Below, piece by piece: positions 20,757 through 31,648 of a stretch of DNA of 64,000 bases. The stretch's first letter is position 1, and every line of letters begins with the position of its first letter. The stretch is from Spirochaetia bacterium (GTDB lineage: Bacteria > Spirochaetota > Spirochaetia > UBA9216), in the NCBI GenBank assembly GCA_963675665.1, contig OY776510.1, forward strand, positions 4,992,001 through 5,056,000. Reading direction: 5' to 3'. A program made the translations under genes and the position numbers. The notes beneath the pieces were generated by a model that was given only the letters and a program-made list of their open reading frames with translations, did no database searches and was not told the DNA's origin.

Positions 20757-21254
20757 ATGAAGATTACAAACGAAACAACAGTAACAATAAATTATAAGGT
20801 CAGCGAAAAGAACGGTACTGTGCTTGAGCAGACAGAACAGGATAATCCCGTCGTATACCTGCAGGGGCTTGAAATGATGCTTCCTGCAGTCGAGGAAGCT
20901 CTTGAAGGCAAGATTCCCGGCGACAAGGTGAAGCTTGAACTGAAAGCAGCCGATGCTTTCGGTGAAAGAGTTGATGATCTCGTCACTACTATCCCATCCT
21001 CCGACTTTGAGGAACCGGAAAGCCTCAATACAGGTGAAGACATAATTGTCGGTAACGGTGAGGAAGAAGTAATAATGACAGTGATTGATATTTCCGACAA
21101 AAACATAACCCTTGACGGCAATCATCCTTTTGCCGGAAAAGATATCGTATTTGAGATTGAGGTTATTGATGTACATAAAACCACCGATGAGGATTTGAAA
21201 GCCTTTGAACATCATCATGAGCATGGAGAGGAGTGCGACCATGAACACCATTGA
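20757..21254 (+). CDS. slyD: FKBP-type peptidyl-prolyl isomerase SlyD
   Basis: TLDGNHPFAGKDIVFEIEV and His-rich tail HHHEHGEECDHEHH; start taken at MKITNE. Confidence 0.88.
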   Translation: MKITNETTVTINYKVSEKNGTVLEQTEQDNPVVYLQGLEMMLPAVEEALEGKIPGDKVKLELKAADAFGERVDDLVTTIPSSDFEEPESLNTGEDIIVGNGEEEVIMTVIDISDKNITLDGNHPFAGKDIVFEIEVIDVHKTTDEDLKAFEHHHEHGEECDHEHH

Positions 21255-21588
21255 GAAATTCCTCCAACTTCCTGACGACCCGGCCGAAGAAATTATCAAT
21301 AATACGGCCCATGAACTTGAAATGCTTAATTTTTCTCCCATTCTTCTCATACCTGCACCCCGTTTTCTGTATCTTACAAAGAATGAGTTGATTTCCGAAG
21401 TTGAACGTATCACAGATTTGGCAGATGACGCCCTGCCGGAATACGATAAAAGCAGCATAAACAGCCCTGCTGAATTCAGACAAAAACATATTGAAATGCT
21501 TTATTTCAATTATGAACTGCTGACCAGGCTGCGTGCTGAAAACCCTGAAGCATGGGATTACGTTCATGAACTGTATGAAGACGATTAA
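21241..21588 (+). CDS. Hypothetical protein
   Basis: ORF overlapping the slyD end, GAGGAG RBS before ATG 21241. Confidence 0.6.
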   Translation: MNTIEKFLQLPDDPAEEIINNTAHELEMLNFSPILLIPAPRFLYLTKNELISEVERITDLADDALPEYDKSSINSPAEFRQKHIEMLYFNYELLTRLRAENPEAWDYVHELYEDD

Positions 21589-21633
21589 TTACTTTTCTTG
21601 ACAAAAAGCAGGTTCTGAAACATTATTAGCAGA

Positions 21634-22083
21634 ATGAAAGAGAAAGCGGAAAAACTGATCAGACTTTTTTCGGAATTACTGGAGAACAGCAACCGTGATG
21701 AGAAAACAGCCTGCGCAGATACTCCGCTTTGTACACTGAGTACTAATGATCTGAAGGTACTTCTTTCCCTGTGCGACAGGGAACATCCCAGTATCAAGGA
21801 AATATCCGAAGAGCTGCAGCTCCCGATGAGTACCCTTACCGGCATTTTTAACAAGCTTGTCGACAGAAAATTTGTTAAACGCTACCGATGCGTAACCGAC
21901 AGAAGGGTTGTCCGCGTTCACCTGACAAAAAAAGGCTGCGACGCCGCTGCCATTAAAAGAGAAAACTCGGAACGGTTCGCTTCCGCTGTGCTGAACATAC
22001 TTGCAGAAAATGAACAAAATCAGCTTCTTTTTCTGCTTGAAAAGATAATATCCGGTCTGCCGGGTGATTGTCCCCCGGCCTAA
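21634..22083 (+). CDS. MarR family transcriptional regulator
   Basis: wHTH: SIKEISEEL..PMSTLTGIFNKLVDRKFVKR...DRRVVRVHLT..G. Confidence 0.9.
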   Translation: MKEKAEKLIRLFSELLENSNRDEKTACADTPLCTLSTNDLKVLLSLCDREHPSIKEISEELQLPMSTLTGIFNKLVDRKFVKRYRCVTDRRVVRVHLTKKGCDAAAIKRENSERFASAVLNILAENEQNQLLFLLEKIISGLPGDCPPA

Positions 22084-22152
22084 ATCGCTTGCCGATACAG
22101 TTTTTCAGCATTATATTACGAGTATCGAAATATTCGAACAAGGAAGTAATAT

Positions 22153-24543
22153 ATGCCGAATGAAATTAATATTGCAAAAACCCCGTTGCTTCCCCTTGAA
22201 AATACAATTCTTCTTCACGAAGGCAAGGCGGAAATAAAGATAAACCAGCCGATGGCCGGCATGATAAAAAACTGGGCCGATATGGGTCATTCCGAAATAC
22301 TTGCATCCGGTCTGAAGAATGAAAAATACAGCCGTGAAATAACCGAAGAGGATATTTACCATACCGGCGTTCTGATAAAAATAATTTCAACACATTCGGA
22401 CGGAGACGGAATACTGCTCAAAGCCGATGTTGCCGAACGCGTTGAAATCAAAAACATCTTTATTGAAAACGGTGAACTTCACGCGGAATACACGCCGGCT
22501 CCCGATATCACTGATATAACAGTTCAGGAACAGGAAGATCTTCTCAACTACCTGAAAAGCCTCATCCGTGAAATAGCCGGCCAGTTTAAAGGGGCGCGTT
22601 CAATTATCTCCCTGATAGAAAGGCAATCCACAATCACACAGCTGATAGGGTTTTCAGCGCCGTATATGAATATCAGCAGGCAGGATAAACAGGAACTGCT
22701 TGAAACACGTTCGGTTCACCAGCGGGGGATCCGTTTTCTGGACTTCCTGCTGAAGCAGAAAGAATCGCTTAAACTTCAGATTGAGATGGCTAACAAATTC
22801 GCTGAAAGCACGAATAAACAGTACCGGAAACAAATGCTGCGGCAACAGCTTAAAGAAATCCAGAAAGAGCTTGAGGCTGAAGAACCGGGCTCAACCCGCA
22901 AGGAGAAAAAAGATTACAGGCAACTGATTGATGAAGCCGATCTTCCCGATTATGCCCGGGAGGCAGCGCTGGAGGAAGTAGACAAACTTGAAGCACAGGG
23001 CGCAAACGGTCACGAAGAGGGAATGATTAAAACATACCTGGACCTGATACTTGCTCTTCCATGGAATGAAAAAAGCAGCGGCGATATTGATCTGCAGCGG
23101 GCGAGAGAGGTTCTCGACAGAGACCATTACGGCCTGAAAGAAGTGAAGAACAGGATAGTTCAGCATCTTGCCGTTATGAAGCTGACCGAAAAAAAGCGCG
23201 GAACCATTCTGCTCTTCGAAGGACCTCCGGGAACAGGAAAAACCAGCCTCGGCAAAAGCATTGCCGAAGCGCTCGGCAGGAAATACGTCAGGGTAAGTCT
23301 CGGGGGAATCAGGGATGAAGCTGAAATACGCGGCCACCGGAGAACTTATATAGGAGCCCTTCCGGGACGGATAATCAGCGAGATGAAAAAAGCCGGACAG
23401 AAGGACCCGGTATTCGTCCTCGATGAAGTGGACAAGCTTATGACGGCTTATAACGGGGACCCAGCAAGCGCATTGCTTGAGGTTCTCGATCCCGAACAAA
23501 ACGACAGCTTTTCCGACCGGTATCTCGACATACCCTTTGACCTCTCCGAAGTGTTTTTCATCGCAACTGCAAATACCGTAAGTTCAATTCCCGGACCACT
23601 TCTGGACAGAATGGAAGTGATCAATATAACGAGCTATACAAACAGCGAAAAGTTTCATATCGGTAAAGATCATCTTGTTCCCGCAGTACTGAATGAACAC
23701 GGGCTTGATACGCAGAAACTGCAGATCACCGACGATTCGCTCAGACTGGTTATAGAGAAATATACCCGTGAGGCAGGAGTCCGCGGACTGAAAAAACAGA
23801 TAGCGAAAATTGCACGTGTTTCCTCGGAAAAAATAGTCGGAGGCGAAGCTGAACTTCCGATTGTTATCCGGCAGGACGACATGGAAGACATTCTCGGACA
23901 CGAAAGAGTCCGTCTTGAAGACGCTCTTAAAGAGAACTTTCCGGGTGTGGTAACAGGACTTGCATGGACACCGGTAGGAGGAGATATTCTTTTTATCGAA
24001 AGCACTTTTATGGCGGGAAAAGGCGAACTTGTCCTGACCGGCCAGCTCGGTGACGTAATGAAGGAATCGGCTCGAATTTCGTTAAGTCTGATTCGGTCGC
24101 GGCTTGCAAACCAGATAACCCATTTTGATTTTGCCGGCAACGACATTCATATCCATGTTCCTGCAGGAAGCACCCCTAAAGACGGTCCGTCGGCCGGCAT
24201 CACGCTTTTCACCTCGCTTGCTTCACTTCTTACGGGCAGAACGGTTGATACAAAAACTGCAATGACCGGAGAAATAACGCTTAGGGGAACCGTACTGCCT
24301 GTCGGAGGAATCAAGGAAAAAGTCCTTGCCGCCCATCGCGCCGGTATTAAAAGGATTATAATGTCGGCAGAGAATGAAAGCGACATCAGGGATATTCCGG
24401 ACGATGTGGCATCCGAGACAGAATTTATGTTTGTTGAACGTATCGAGGATGTTATAAAACTTGCGCTTGATATTGAGCTCCCCGGAGCCGTCGTTGTAAA
24501 TATGGATTACCCATCGGGCAACCTTAGATCATCATCCGATTAA
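22153..24543 (+). CDS. lon: ATP-dependent Lon protease
   Basis: GPPGTGKTS, DEAEIRGHRRTYIGALPG, catalytic PKDGPSAG and GGIKEK. Confidence 0.96.
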   Translation: MPNEINIAKTPLLPLENTILLHEGKAEIKINQPMAGMIKNWADMGHSEILASGLKNEKYSREITEEDIYHTGVLIKIISTHSDGDGILLKADVAERVEIKNIFIENGELHAEYTPAPDITDITVQEQEDLLNYLKSLIREIAGQFKGARSIISLIERQSTITQLIGFSAPYMNISRQDKQELLETRSVHQRGIRFLDFLLKQKESLKLQIEMANKFAESTNKQYRKQMLRQQLKEIQKELEAEEPGSTRKEKKDYRQLIDEADLPDYAREAALEEVDKLEAQGANGHEEGMIKTYLDLILALPWNEKSSGDIDLQRAREVLDRDHYGLKEVKNRIVQHLAVMKLTEKKRGTILLFEGPPGTGKTSLGKSIAEALGRKYVRVSLGGIRDEAEIRGHRRTYIGALPGRIISEMKKAGQKDPVFVLDEVDKLMTAYNGDPASALLEVLDPEQNDSFSDRYLDIPFDLSEVFFIATANTVSSIPGPLLDRMEVINITSYTNSEKFHIGKDHLVPAVLNEHGLDTQKLQITDDSLRLVIEKYTREAGVRGLKKQIAKIARVSSEKIVGGEAELPIVIRQDDMEDILGHERVRLEDALKENFPGVVTGLAWTPVGGDILFIESTFMAGKGELVLTGQLGDVMKESARISLSLIRSRLANQITHFDFAGNDIHIHVPAGSTPKDGPSAGITLFTSLASLLTGRTVDTKTAMTGEITLRGTVLPVGGIKEKVLAAHRAGIKRIIMSAENESDIRDIPDDVASETEFMFVERIEDVIKLALDIELPGAVVVNMDYPSGNLRSSSD

Positions 24544-24591
24544 TTGTACAGACCTTTCCGCTGTGATATTATATTCTGCAGAGAGGTCACA

Positions 24592-27039
24592 ATGAACATT
24601 GAGAAACTCACGCTTAAAGAAAAAGCAAGCCTGCTTTCAGGAAGGGGCAACTGGTTCTTCAGGGGGCTGCCTGAACACGGACTTCAGGAAATAATAGTTG
24701 CCGACGGTCCGCACGGGCTGAGAAAGAAGGTTGAACCGGGCGCCCAGTCCGAATATAAAGACAGCATTCCGGCTACATGTTTTCCGACGGCCTGCGCCAT
24801 TGCCTCCTCCTGGGACCGCGCATTAATCGGGACAGTCGGGGACGCAATTGCAAAAGAAGCCTCAGCCGGACAGGTCTCGATAGTTCTTGGGCCAGGCGCA
24901 AACATAAAGAGGAGTCCTCTCTGCGGCCGTAATTTTGAATATTTCTCCGAGGATCCTTTTCTGTCCGGCGAGCTCGCCGCTGCGATGATTAAATCGATCC
25001 AGACGCATAAAATAGGCTGTTCCCTGAAGCATTTTGCGGTAAACAACCAGGAAAAACTCAGGATGACAATAGATGCCGTGGTGGATGAAAGAACACTGCA
25101 TGAGATATATCTCGCCGGTTTTGAAAACGCGGTAAAACAGTCGAAACCATGGACGGTGATGTGCGCCTACAACAGGGTAAACGGCAAATATGCAAGCGAA
25201 AACCATTACCTTCTTACCAGGAAACTGCGGGACGAATGGGGATTCGACGGTATTGTTATTTCCGACTGGGGGGCATGCAACAACAGAGTCGAAGGACTTA
25301 AGGCCGGACTTGAAATAGAAATGCCCTATTCCGGCAAACACAACCCTGAATCGGTTGTTCAGGCCGTAGAATCAGGACAGCTGCCTGAAGCAATTCTTGA
25401 TACTGCAGTCGAGAGGATTTATGATGTCATGTCACGGACAGCACCTGACCCTTCTGTTCAAATCGATATGGAAGAGCATCACCTTATCGCCCGCGAAGCC
25501 GCCGCCGATTCCATTGTGCTTCTCAAAAACGAATCCGGCGTTCTGCCGCTAAAACCGGGCGACAGGATTGCCGTCATCGGCGAATTCGCCGTTAATCCCA
25601 GATACCAGGGCGCCGGCAGTTCGCGCATAAATCCGACCTCGATAGATAATTTTCTTGAACAGATCAGAGCAGATTTCCCCGGCGCGCCCTTCGCTGCAGG
25701 ATTTAGCCTTGACAGGAACAATAAAAATGAAAAGCATCTTGCTGCCGAGGCAGCTACACTGGCAGATGCGGCCGACAAGATAATCATTCTTGCCGGACTT
25801 CCGGACGATTATGAATCGGAAGGTTTCGACCGCGCCGATATGAAACTGCCGGCGGAACAGGACCGTCTTATTCAGATGCTCTGCGATACAGGGAAACCGG
25901 TAATCGTCTGCCTCAGCAACGGGTCGCCGGTTGAGATGCCCTGGAATAACGATGCGTCAGCCGTAGTAGAATGCTATCTCGGCGGCCAGGCCGGGGCCGG
26001 GGCTCTTGCCGATATTGTTACAGGCAGGGTAAACCCTTCCGGCAAACTGGCTGAAAGCTTTCCCGTCAAACTCGAGGACAACCCTTCATTTAAATGGTTC
26101 CCGGGCGGACCGCTCCGGGTTGAATACCGTGAGGGCATCTACGTCGGCTACAGATATTATGACACCGCCGGTGTTCCGGTGCTGTATCCTTTCGGGCACG
26201 GACTTTCCTATACCGGTTTTGAATACAGCGGCATCAAGCTCACCCGCAACGGCTGGGAAATTGAAGTAAGCCTGAATGTAAAAAACACCGGCAGCCGAAG
26301 AGGAAAAGAGGTAGTTCAGCTGTATATTACCCCTCCTGAAGATGACGGGAAGAATAAGGGCAGCCTGCATCGTCCGGTAAAGGAACTCAAGGGCTTCGTT
26401 AAAACAGAAATTGCCGCAGGTGAAGAAGCTGCAGTATCAATCAAACTCGGGTTCCGTTCATTTGCCTGTTATGACCCGCAGCAGAAACTGTGGGTTGCCG
26501 AACCCGGAATATACACAATTCATGCCGGAGCATCATCCGCCGATATCAGGCAATCCGCTGAAATTCGTATTGAGAGCGGCAAAAAAAATAATACACCTCT
26601 ATTATCTTCCGAAAAAGCAGCAGACGAAAGCGACTATATAAAATTACGTACAAATTCCGAAATTATTCATGTAATCTCCGATAAAAGCTTTGAGGGGGAA
26701 CTGGGAAGAAAGCCACCGGTAAACCTGCTTCCTGAAACCTACGGCAGAACGACAACCCTGTCTGACTTTCAACAGACCTTTACAGGTAAAATACTTATGA
26801 GAATAGCAATGCGGGCCGCCCGTGAACAAAGCAAAGGGATAGAGAATTCAGCAGGAATGTTCGAGGCAATGGCAAAGGAAATGCCGCTCAGGGCCATGCC
26901 GCAGTTTAATCCTGAAATGGTTAATATCGAGATGGTCGACGCGCTACTGCTTACCGGAAACGGTCATTTTTTGCAGGGGCTTTTTGCCCTCCTCCGCGCG
27001 GTAAAGAAACTGAAAACTGATTTAAAGGAAGAACTCTGA
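24592..27039 (+). CDS. GH3 beta-glucosidase with Fn3-like domain
   Basis: ADGPHGLR, GRNFEYFSEDP, KHFAVNNQE, nucleophile VISDWG, ESEGFDR. Confidence 0.93.
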   Translation: MNIEKLTLKEKASLLSGRGNWFFRGLPEHGLQEIIVADGPHGLRKKVEPGAQSEYKDSIPATCFPTACAIASSWDRALIGTVGDAIAKEASAGQVSIVLGPGANIKRSPLCGRNFEYFSEDPFLSGELAAAMIKSIQTHKIGCSLKHFAVNNQEKLRMTIDAVVDERTLHEIYLAGFENAVKQSKPWTVMCAYNRVNGKYASENHYLLTRKLRDEWGFDGIVISDWGACNNRVEGLKAGLEIEMPYSGKHNPESVVQAVESGQLPEAILDTAVERIYDVMSRTAPDPSVQIDMEEHHLIAREAAADSIVLLKNESGVLPLKPGDRIAVIGEFAVNPRYQGAGSSRINPTSIDNFLEQIRADFPGAPFAAGFSLDRNNKNEKHLAAEAATLADAADKIIILAGLPDDYESEGFDRADMKLPAEQDRLIQMLCDTGKPVIVCLSNGSPVEMPWNNDASAVVECYLGGQAGAGALADIVTGRVNPSGKLAESFPVKLEDNPSFKWFPGGPLRVEYREGIYVGYRYYDTAGVPVLYPFGHGLSYTGFEYSGIKLTRNGWEIEVSLNVKNTGSRRGKEVVQLYITPPEDDGKNKGSLHRPVKELKGFVKTEIAAGEEAAVSIKLGFRSFACYDPQQKLWVAEPGIYTIHAGASSADIRQSAEIRIESGKKNNTPLLSSEKAADESDYIKLRTNSEIIHVISDKSFEGELGRKPPVNLLPETYGRTTTLSDFQQTFTGKILMRIAMRAAREQSKGIENSAGMFEAMAKEMPLRAMPQFNPEMVNIEMVDALLLTGNGHFLQGLFALLRAVKKLKTDLKEEL

Positions 27040-27040
27040 A

Positions 27041-27667
27041 ATGCGAAAATTAATTCTGCTCCTGGTACTGACAATTCTGCCGGCGGCTGTATTGACAGCT
27101 CATCCTCATATGTTTATTGACATGCAATTGACACCGGTTTATTCGGAGGACAGCTTTAAAGGCGTTAAGGTAAACTGGCTTTTCGATATGGTATTTACCG
27201 GTTCGGTCCTGATGGACAACGACATCGGATGGAAGGATAAATTTTCCGCCGACGAAATTAAAATAATCAGGGACACATCATTTATTAACTTGATAAATTA
27301 CAACTATTTCACATATTTCAATTCAGCAGGCAGAATATACAAGGCGTCAAGCTTCAGCGATTTCTCGGCTTACATGTCGGGTACCCGTATGGGTTATACT
27401 TTCTTTCTGCCTTTTGAGGGGGGAAATGCAGCTGCCCGTGAAATTCGAATCGCTGTTTACGATGAAACTTTTTTCTGTGATATAGCGTTTACAGAAGACA
27501 AACCCGTCAAGATAGAAGCTCCGGATAAAACCGACATCAACTGGCAGCTTTCAGAAAAACAGGATGCCCCTATTTTCTATGATAATACAGCACAGATGGT
27601 TTCGCGCGACGGCGCCGAATATACCGGACAGGCGTTCCCCGTAGAACTGGTTCTGACCAGAAAATAA
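27041..27667 (+). CDS. DUF1007 family periplasmic metal-binding protein
   Basis: Signal peptide followed by AHPHMFID; W.FD..F; VYDETFF. Confidence 0.82.
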   Translation: MRKLILLLVLTILPAAVLTAHPHMFIDMQLTPVYSEDSFKGVKVNWLFDMVFTGSVLMDNDIGWKDKFSADEIKIIRDTSFINLINYNYFTYFNSAGRIYKASSFSDFSAYMSGTRMGYTFFLPFEGGNAAAREIRIAVYDETFFCDIAFTEDKPVKIEAPDKTDINWQLSEKQDAPIFYDNTAQMVSRDGAEYTGQAFPVELVLTRK

Positions 27668-28611
27668 TGTTTAGACGAATACCCGGGGTTTTGGGGTTTA
27701 TTGCTGTAATGGTTTTCTTCAGCACAGGTTCGATATCGGCACAGCAGAATCCTTTCTTATCCTCCGGTCCGGCAGAAACAGGCTCATCCGTACAGAAAGC
27801 ATCGGACATAGACAGCTCAGCTTCCGCCGGAACCGGCCCATTTTTTAATTCAGCGCTGATGAGAAAATCAAGAAGCATCCAGAAATCCATACAGGCAAAG
27901 ATCTCCGATTATATTTCCGATTACCGGGAAAACGGAAATATCAGGACGCTTATTGTTTTTCTTCAATTTTCATTTTTATACGGCCTGCTGCATGTTCTCG
28001 GCCCGGGACACAGGAAAGTGTTTTTATTTACATATTTCATTTCACGCCCGTCCCGCTGGAAAGCGGGAATGTTTGCCGGTTTCATGACGGCTGTGCTTCA
28101 TGCCGTATCAGCGGTAGTCCTGATCGGCGGACTGTTCCTGGTCACAAGCCGCGCTCTGCTCACGCGCTTTAATAATGTAACACCCGTCATTGAGACTACA
28201 AGCTACGGTGCCATAGTAGTGATCGGATTGTACCTTTTGGTTCGACAGATAATATCAGCAGCAAGCAGTCATTCAAATAGTAGAGATTCAGACAGTCTAA
28301 ACGGAAGGAATCCGGATACAGCCGTGTTCATTATCGTCTCGGGACTTGTTCCATGCCCCGGAGCCGCAATGATAATGATTTTTTCAATTGCGGTCGGAGA
28401 ACCCGTCGTAGGTATCTATGCAGTGACTGCAATGTCGCTGGGAATGGCTGCCGTACTGACTCTTGTTCCGCCGGCTGCCATTTTTCTGAAAAACAGACTG
28501 GAACCGCTGCTGATTAAATGGACCCCTGAAACAGGCGAACGCATCCATAACGGTATTTCGATAGCCGGCGCTGTAGTAATGGTACTGTTCGGGCTTCTCT
28601 TTTTAATCTGA
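27667..28611 (+). CDS. Nickel/cobalt transporter (RcnA/NiCoT-like)
   Basis: FLYGLLHVLGPGHRK and GLVPCPGA motifs; coupled to the DUF1007 gene. Confidence 0.85.
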   Translation: MFRRIPGVLGFIAVMVFFSTGSISAQQNPFLSSGPAETGSSVQKASDIDSSASAGTGPFFNSALMRKSRSIQKSIQAKISDYISDYRENGNIRTLIVFLQFSFLYGLLHVLGPGHRKVFLFTYFISRPSRWKAGMFAGFMTAVLHAVSAVVLIGGLFLVTSRALLTRFNNVTPVIETTSYGAIVVIGLYLLVRQIISAASSHSNSRDSDSLNGRNPDTAVFIIVSGLVPCPGAAMIMIFSIAVGEPVVGIYAVTAMSLGMAAVLTLVPPAAIFLKNRLEPLLIKWTPETGERIHNGISIAGAVVMVLFGLLFLI

Positions 28612-28639
28612 AACCGAAAATATAAGAATATGGTTTGTT

Positions 28640-29419
28640 TTATTTGAGCTTCCAGTTCGGGCTGCGTTTTTCGAAAAAGGCGCTTACTCCTTCCTTCGCA
28701 TCTTCCGTCGTACATAAACGGGCAAATGCTTCATTCATATAAGCAAACTGCCTCTCATAATCCATATCCTCTGAATTGTAAAATCCTGTTTTAGCAATCT
28801 GCAGGGCTATCGGGCTTTTTTCAGCAAATGACGCAGCCCAGGCAAATGCTTCGTTTTCAAGTTCAGCTTCCGGGACAACCCTGTTGACCAGACCCATTTC
28901 CATAGCTTCTGCGGCATTGATAATACGGCCTGAGAACAGCAGTTCCAGCGCCCGCTTTCGTCCTGTGCAGCGCGCAACCGGAATAACCGGGCCGACACAG
29001 TTCAGGCCCACATTGATTGCAGTCAGGCCCATCCGCGCTGTATCCGCCGATATGACCAGATCCGATGAAGCAACAAGACCCATCCCGTTCGCAACCGCAA
29101 CGCCGTGGTGGACAGCAATGACCACCTTTTTCATCCTGGAGATTGTTGACAGCGGCCGCTCCATTCTTTCAATCCATTCCCGGTATTCGAGCGCTGTTTT
29201 TCCTTCCAGTTCCCCGACGTCAATTCCCGCGCAAAACGCTTTTCCTGCAGCTTTCAGCAGTATCACCCTAACATTTTCATCTTTATCCGCAGCAACTAAC
29301 GCATCATAAAGGTCTTCAGCAAGCCGGGTATTGAATGTATTCATTGCCTCAGGCCTGTTCAAAGTTATTGCGGCAATATGGTTTTCAGTTGTTTCCAATG
29401 TTACGGTTTTATAGTTCAT
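28640..29419 (-). CDS. Enoyl-CoA hydratase/isomerase family protein
   Basis: ITLNRPEAMN, KAFCAGID, A.EA..MGLVNRVVP, TEDAKEGVSAFFEKR.P. Confidence 0.9.
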   Translation of the reverse strand: MNYKTVTLETTENHIAAITLNRPEAMNTFNTRLAEDLYDALVAADKDENVRVILLKAAGKAFCAGIDVGELEGKTALEYREWIERMERPLSTISRMKKVVIAVHHGVAVANGMGLVASSDLVISADTARMGLTAINVGLNCVGPVIPVARCTGRKRALELLFSGRIINAAEAMEMGLVNRVVPEAELENEAFAWAASFAEKSPIALQIAKTGFYNSEDMDYERQFAYMNEAFARLCTTEDAKEGVSAFFEKRSPNWKLK

Positions 29420-29539
29420 TAATGTTTCTCCAGTTTGACAGATATAAATATATGGTATAATATTACCATGCAGTTGGGAAATTTAAAACATTTATTTCTC
29501 ATTGCGTTACTTTAGCCAAATAATTAACAGGAAATTGAC

Positions 29540-31021
29540 ATGAAACAGGACAATATTAAATGCGTGGGCTTCGACTGCGGAAACTCATCTATCAGAACAG
29601 TTATCGGTTTTTATGACGGAGAATCAGTCAGTTCCGAGGTTATTATGCAGGTCCCCAACCGGGCCATAACGGTTAACGGCGTTGACTTCTGGGATATTCT
29701 GAATATATTTGATTCAATGCAGCGAGGACTTAAAACCGCCGAAACAAAATACGGGAAAATTGATTCTGCGGGAATCACAACCTGGGGTATCGATTTCGGC
29801 ATGCTGGGAAAATCCGGACAGCTGATAGGCAACCCTCTCTGCTACAGGAATAAATTCGGGGTAAAAGGCCTTGAATCGGTTGACGAACAGACCAAAAAAA
29901 AGCTCTTTGATCTCAGCGGCATACAGAACCACCCGATGAATTCAATGTACCAGCTGATCGGAATCAGGGAAATGCTGCCCGAATACTACAGTACTGCTGA
30001 AGATATTCTTTTCATTCCCGATCTGCTTAATTTCATGTTCACCGGCGAAAAGGGAACCGAGAACACAATTGCCAGTACTTCACAGCTGCTTGACATGAGA
30101 ACGCGTGATTACTGCGGAGAGATTTTCCAGATAACCGGCCTTGAACGCAGCATGTTTCATCCAGTCATTCCGCATGGAAAGGAACGGGGCAGAATGCTTA
30201 ACTCTATTGCAAATTATCTCGAGATTGATTCCCCGATGCCGTTTATTTCGGTTCCTTCGCATGATACTGCTTCGGCTGTGGTTTCCGTGCCGGCTACTGA
30301 AGAGAATTTTATCTTTATCAGCTCGGGAACATGGTCGCTGATAGGCACGGAACTTGACGAACCTGTCATCAACGACAGAGTGTACGACCTGAGCTTTGCG
30401 AATGAGGGCGGCGCCGCAAATACGATTACACTGCTGAAAAACTCCGCCGGCATGCATATTCTGCAGAACGTTAAAAATGAACTTGAACAGCTTAAAGCCA
30501 GGCCTTATGAATGGCCGGAACTTATAAGCATGGCACAGGGCGCCGGATTCAAAGCAGCGCTTTATGATCCCAATCACCAGTCTCTGTACAATCCGGAGAA
30601 AATGACTGACGCCATTACCGCTCTTACCGGCGAAACTGAAATCGAAAGAATCCTTGCATCGTCTTTTCTCTCGCTTGCCTGCAGTTACCGTGAAGCAATT
30701 ACCGATCTTGAAGAGATCTGTAAACAGGATTTTAATGCGGTCCACATTATCGGAGGAGGAGCCAGAAACGCGTATCTTAACCAGCTTTCCGCGGATATAG
30801 CCGGGAAAACGGTAATCGCAGGTCCGGAAGAGGCTACCTCGCAGGGTGTAATAGCAGCTCAGTTGCTGTATCATGTTCCTGGCGCTGATCTAAAATCCAT
30901 AAGGGCAACAGCCGCCAAAGGTATTGATACCGCGACCTTCACACCCTCGGCGAATTTCCCGCGAGAAGAAACCTACAAAAAATATATCGAAGGGAAAGAC
31001 CGAAGCCAGTCGTTCAGCTGA
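29540..31021 (+). CDS. FGGY sugar kinase, rhamnulokinase/fuculokinase-like
   Basis: DCGNSS.R, TWGIDFG, SHDTASAV, ISSGTWSLIGTE, NEGG, IIGGG, AGP.EAT. Confidence 0.88.
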   Translation: MKQDNIKCVGFDCGNSSIRTVIGFYDGESVSSEVIMQVPNRAITVNGVDFWDILNIFDSMQRGLKTAETKYGKIDSAGITTWGIDFGMLGKSGQLIGNPLCYRNKFGVKGLESVDEQTKKKLFDLSGIQNHPMNSMYQLIGIREMLPEYYSTAEDILFIPDLLNFMFTGEKGTENTIASTSQLLDMRTRDYCGEIFQITGLERSMFHPVIPHGKERGRMLNSIANYLEIDSPMPFISVPSHDTASAVVSVPATEENFIFISSGTWSLIGTELDEPVINDRVYDLSFANEGGAANTITLLKNSAGMHILQNVKNELEQLKARPYEWPELISMAQGAGFKAALYDPNHQSLYNPEKMTDAITALTGETEIERILASSFLSLACSYREAITDLEEICKQDFNAVHIIGGGARNAYLNQLSADIAGKTVIAGPEEATSQGVIAAQLLYHVPGADLKSIRATAAKGIDTATFTPSANFPREETYKKYIEGKDRSQSFS

Positions 31022-31084
31022 GATCCTTTACCGTTACACGCTGTGCTTATTGATCACCCGGACTTTCCGGTGTAAGCTTTAGCC

Positions 31085-31648
31085 ATGAAAGCACTGCTTG
31101 TGGTTGATATACAGAATGACTTCTGTCCCGGAGGAACACTTGCCGTAAACGGCGGAGATGATATTGTCGAACCTGTAAACAGGCTTATTGAATCCTTCGC
31201 AGATTCCGGACTGCCCATAGTATACACTCGTGACTGGCACCCGCCCTGCCACAGCTCGTTTAAGGAATTCGGCGGAATCTGGCCGGCACATTGCGTTGCC
31301 GGGACCCCTGGGGCCGACTTTCATCCGAATCTGCTGATAGCAAAGAATGCCGTCGTTATATCGAAAGCCTGCAAGGTCGAAGCAGATGCTTATTCAGGCT
31401 TTGAAGGAACAAATCTTGATTCGGAACTGAAAGCGCGAGGCGTTGACAAGGTGATTGTTACCGGACTTGCAACCGATTACTGTGTTAAAAACACCGTCCT
31501 GGACGCCCTGGAGCTGGGCTACGGCGTCTTTGTCGCCGACGAATGTATCAAGGCGGTGAATGTTCATCCCGGAGACGGATCTTCAGCTGTCGCAGAGATG
31601 AAACAGGCCGGCGCCGTTGTAGGCCCGCTGATAGACCTGCCTGATTGA
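31085..31648 (+). CDS. pncA: Nicotinamidase/pyrazinamidase
   Basis: VVDIQNDFCPGG.LAV, DWHP..H, WPAHCV, YSGF, GLATDYCV. Confidence 0.93.
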   Translation: MKALLVVDIQNDFCPGGTLAVNGGDDIVEPVNRLIESFADSGLPIVYTRDWHPPCHSSFKEFGGIWPAHCVAGTPGADFHPNLLIAKNAVVISKACKVEADAYSGFEGTNLDSELKARGVDKVIVTGLATDYCVKNTVLDALELGYGVFVADECIKAVNVHPGDGSSAVAEMKQAGAVVGPLIDLPD

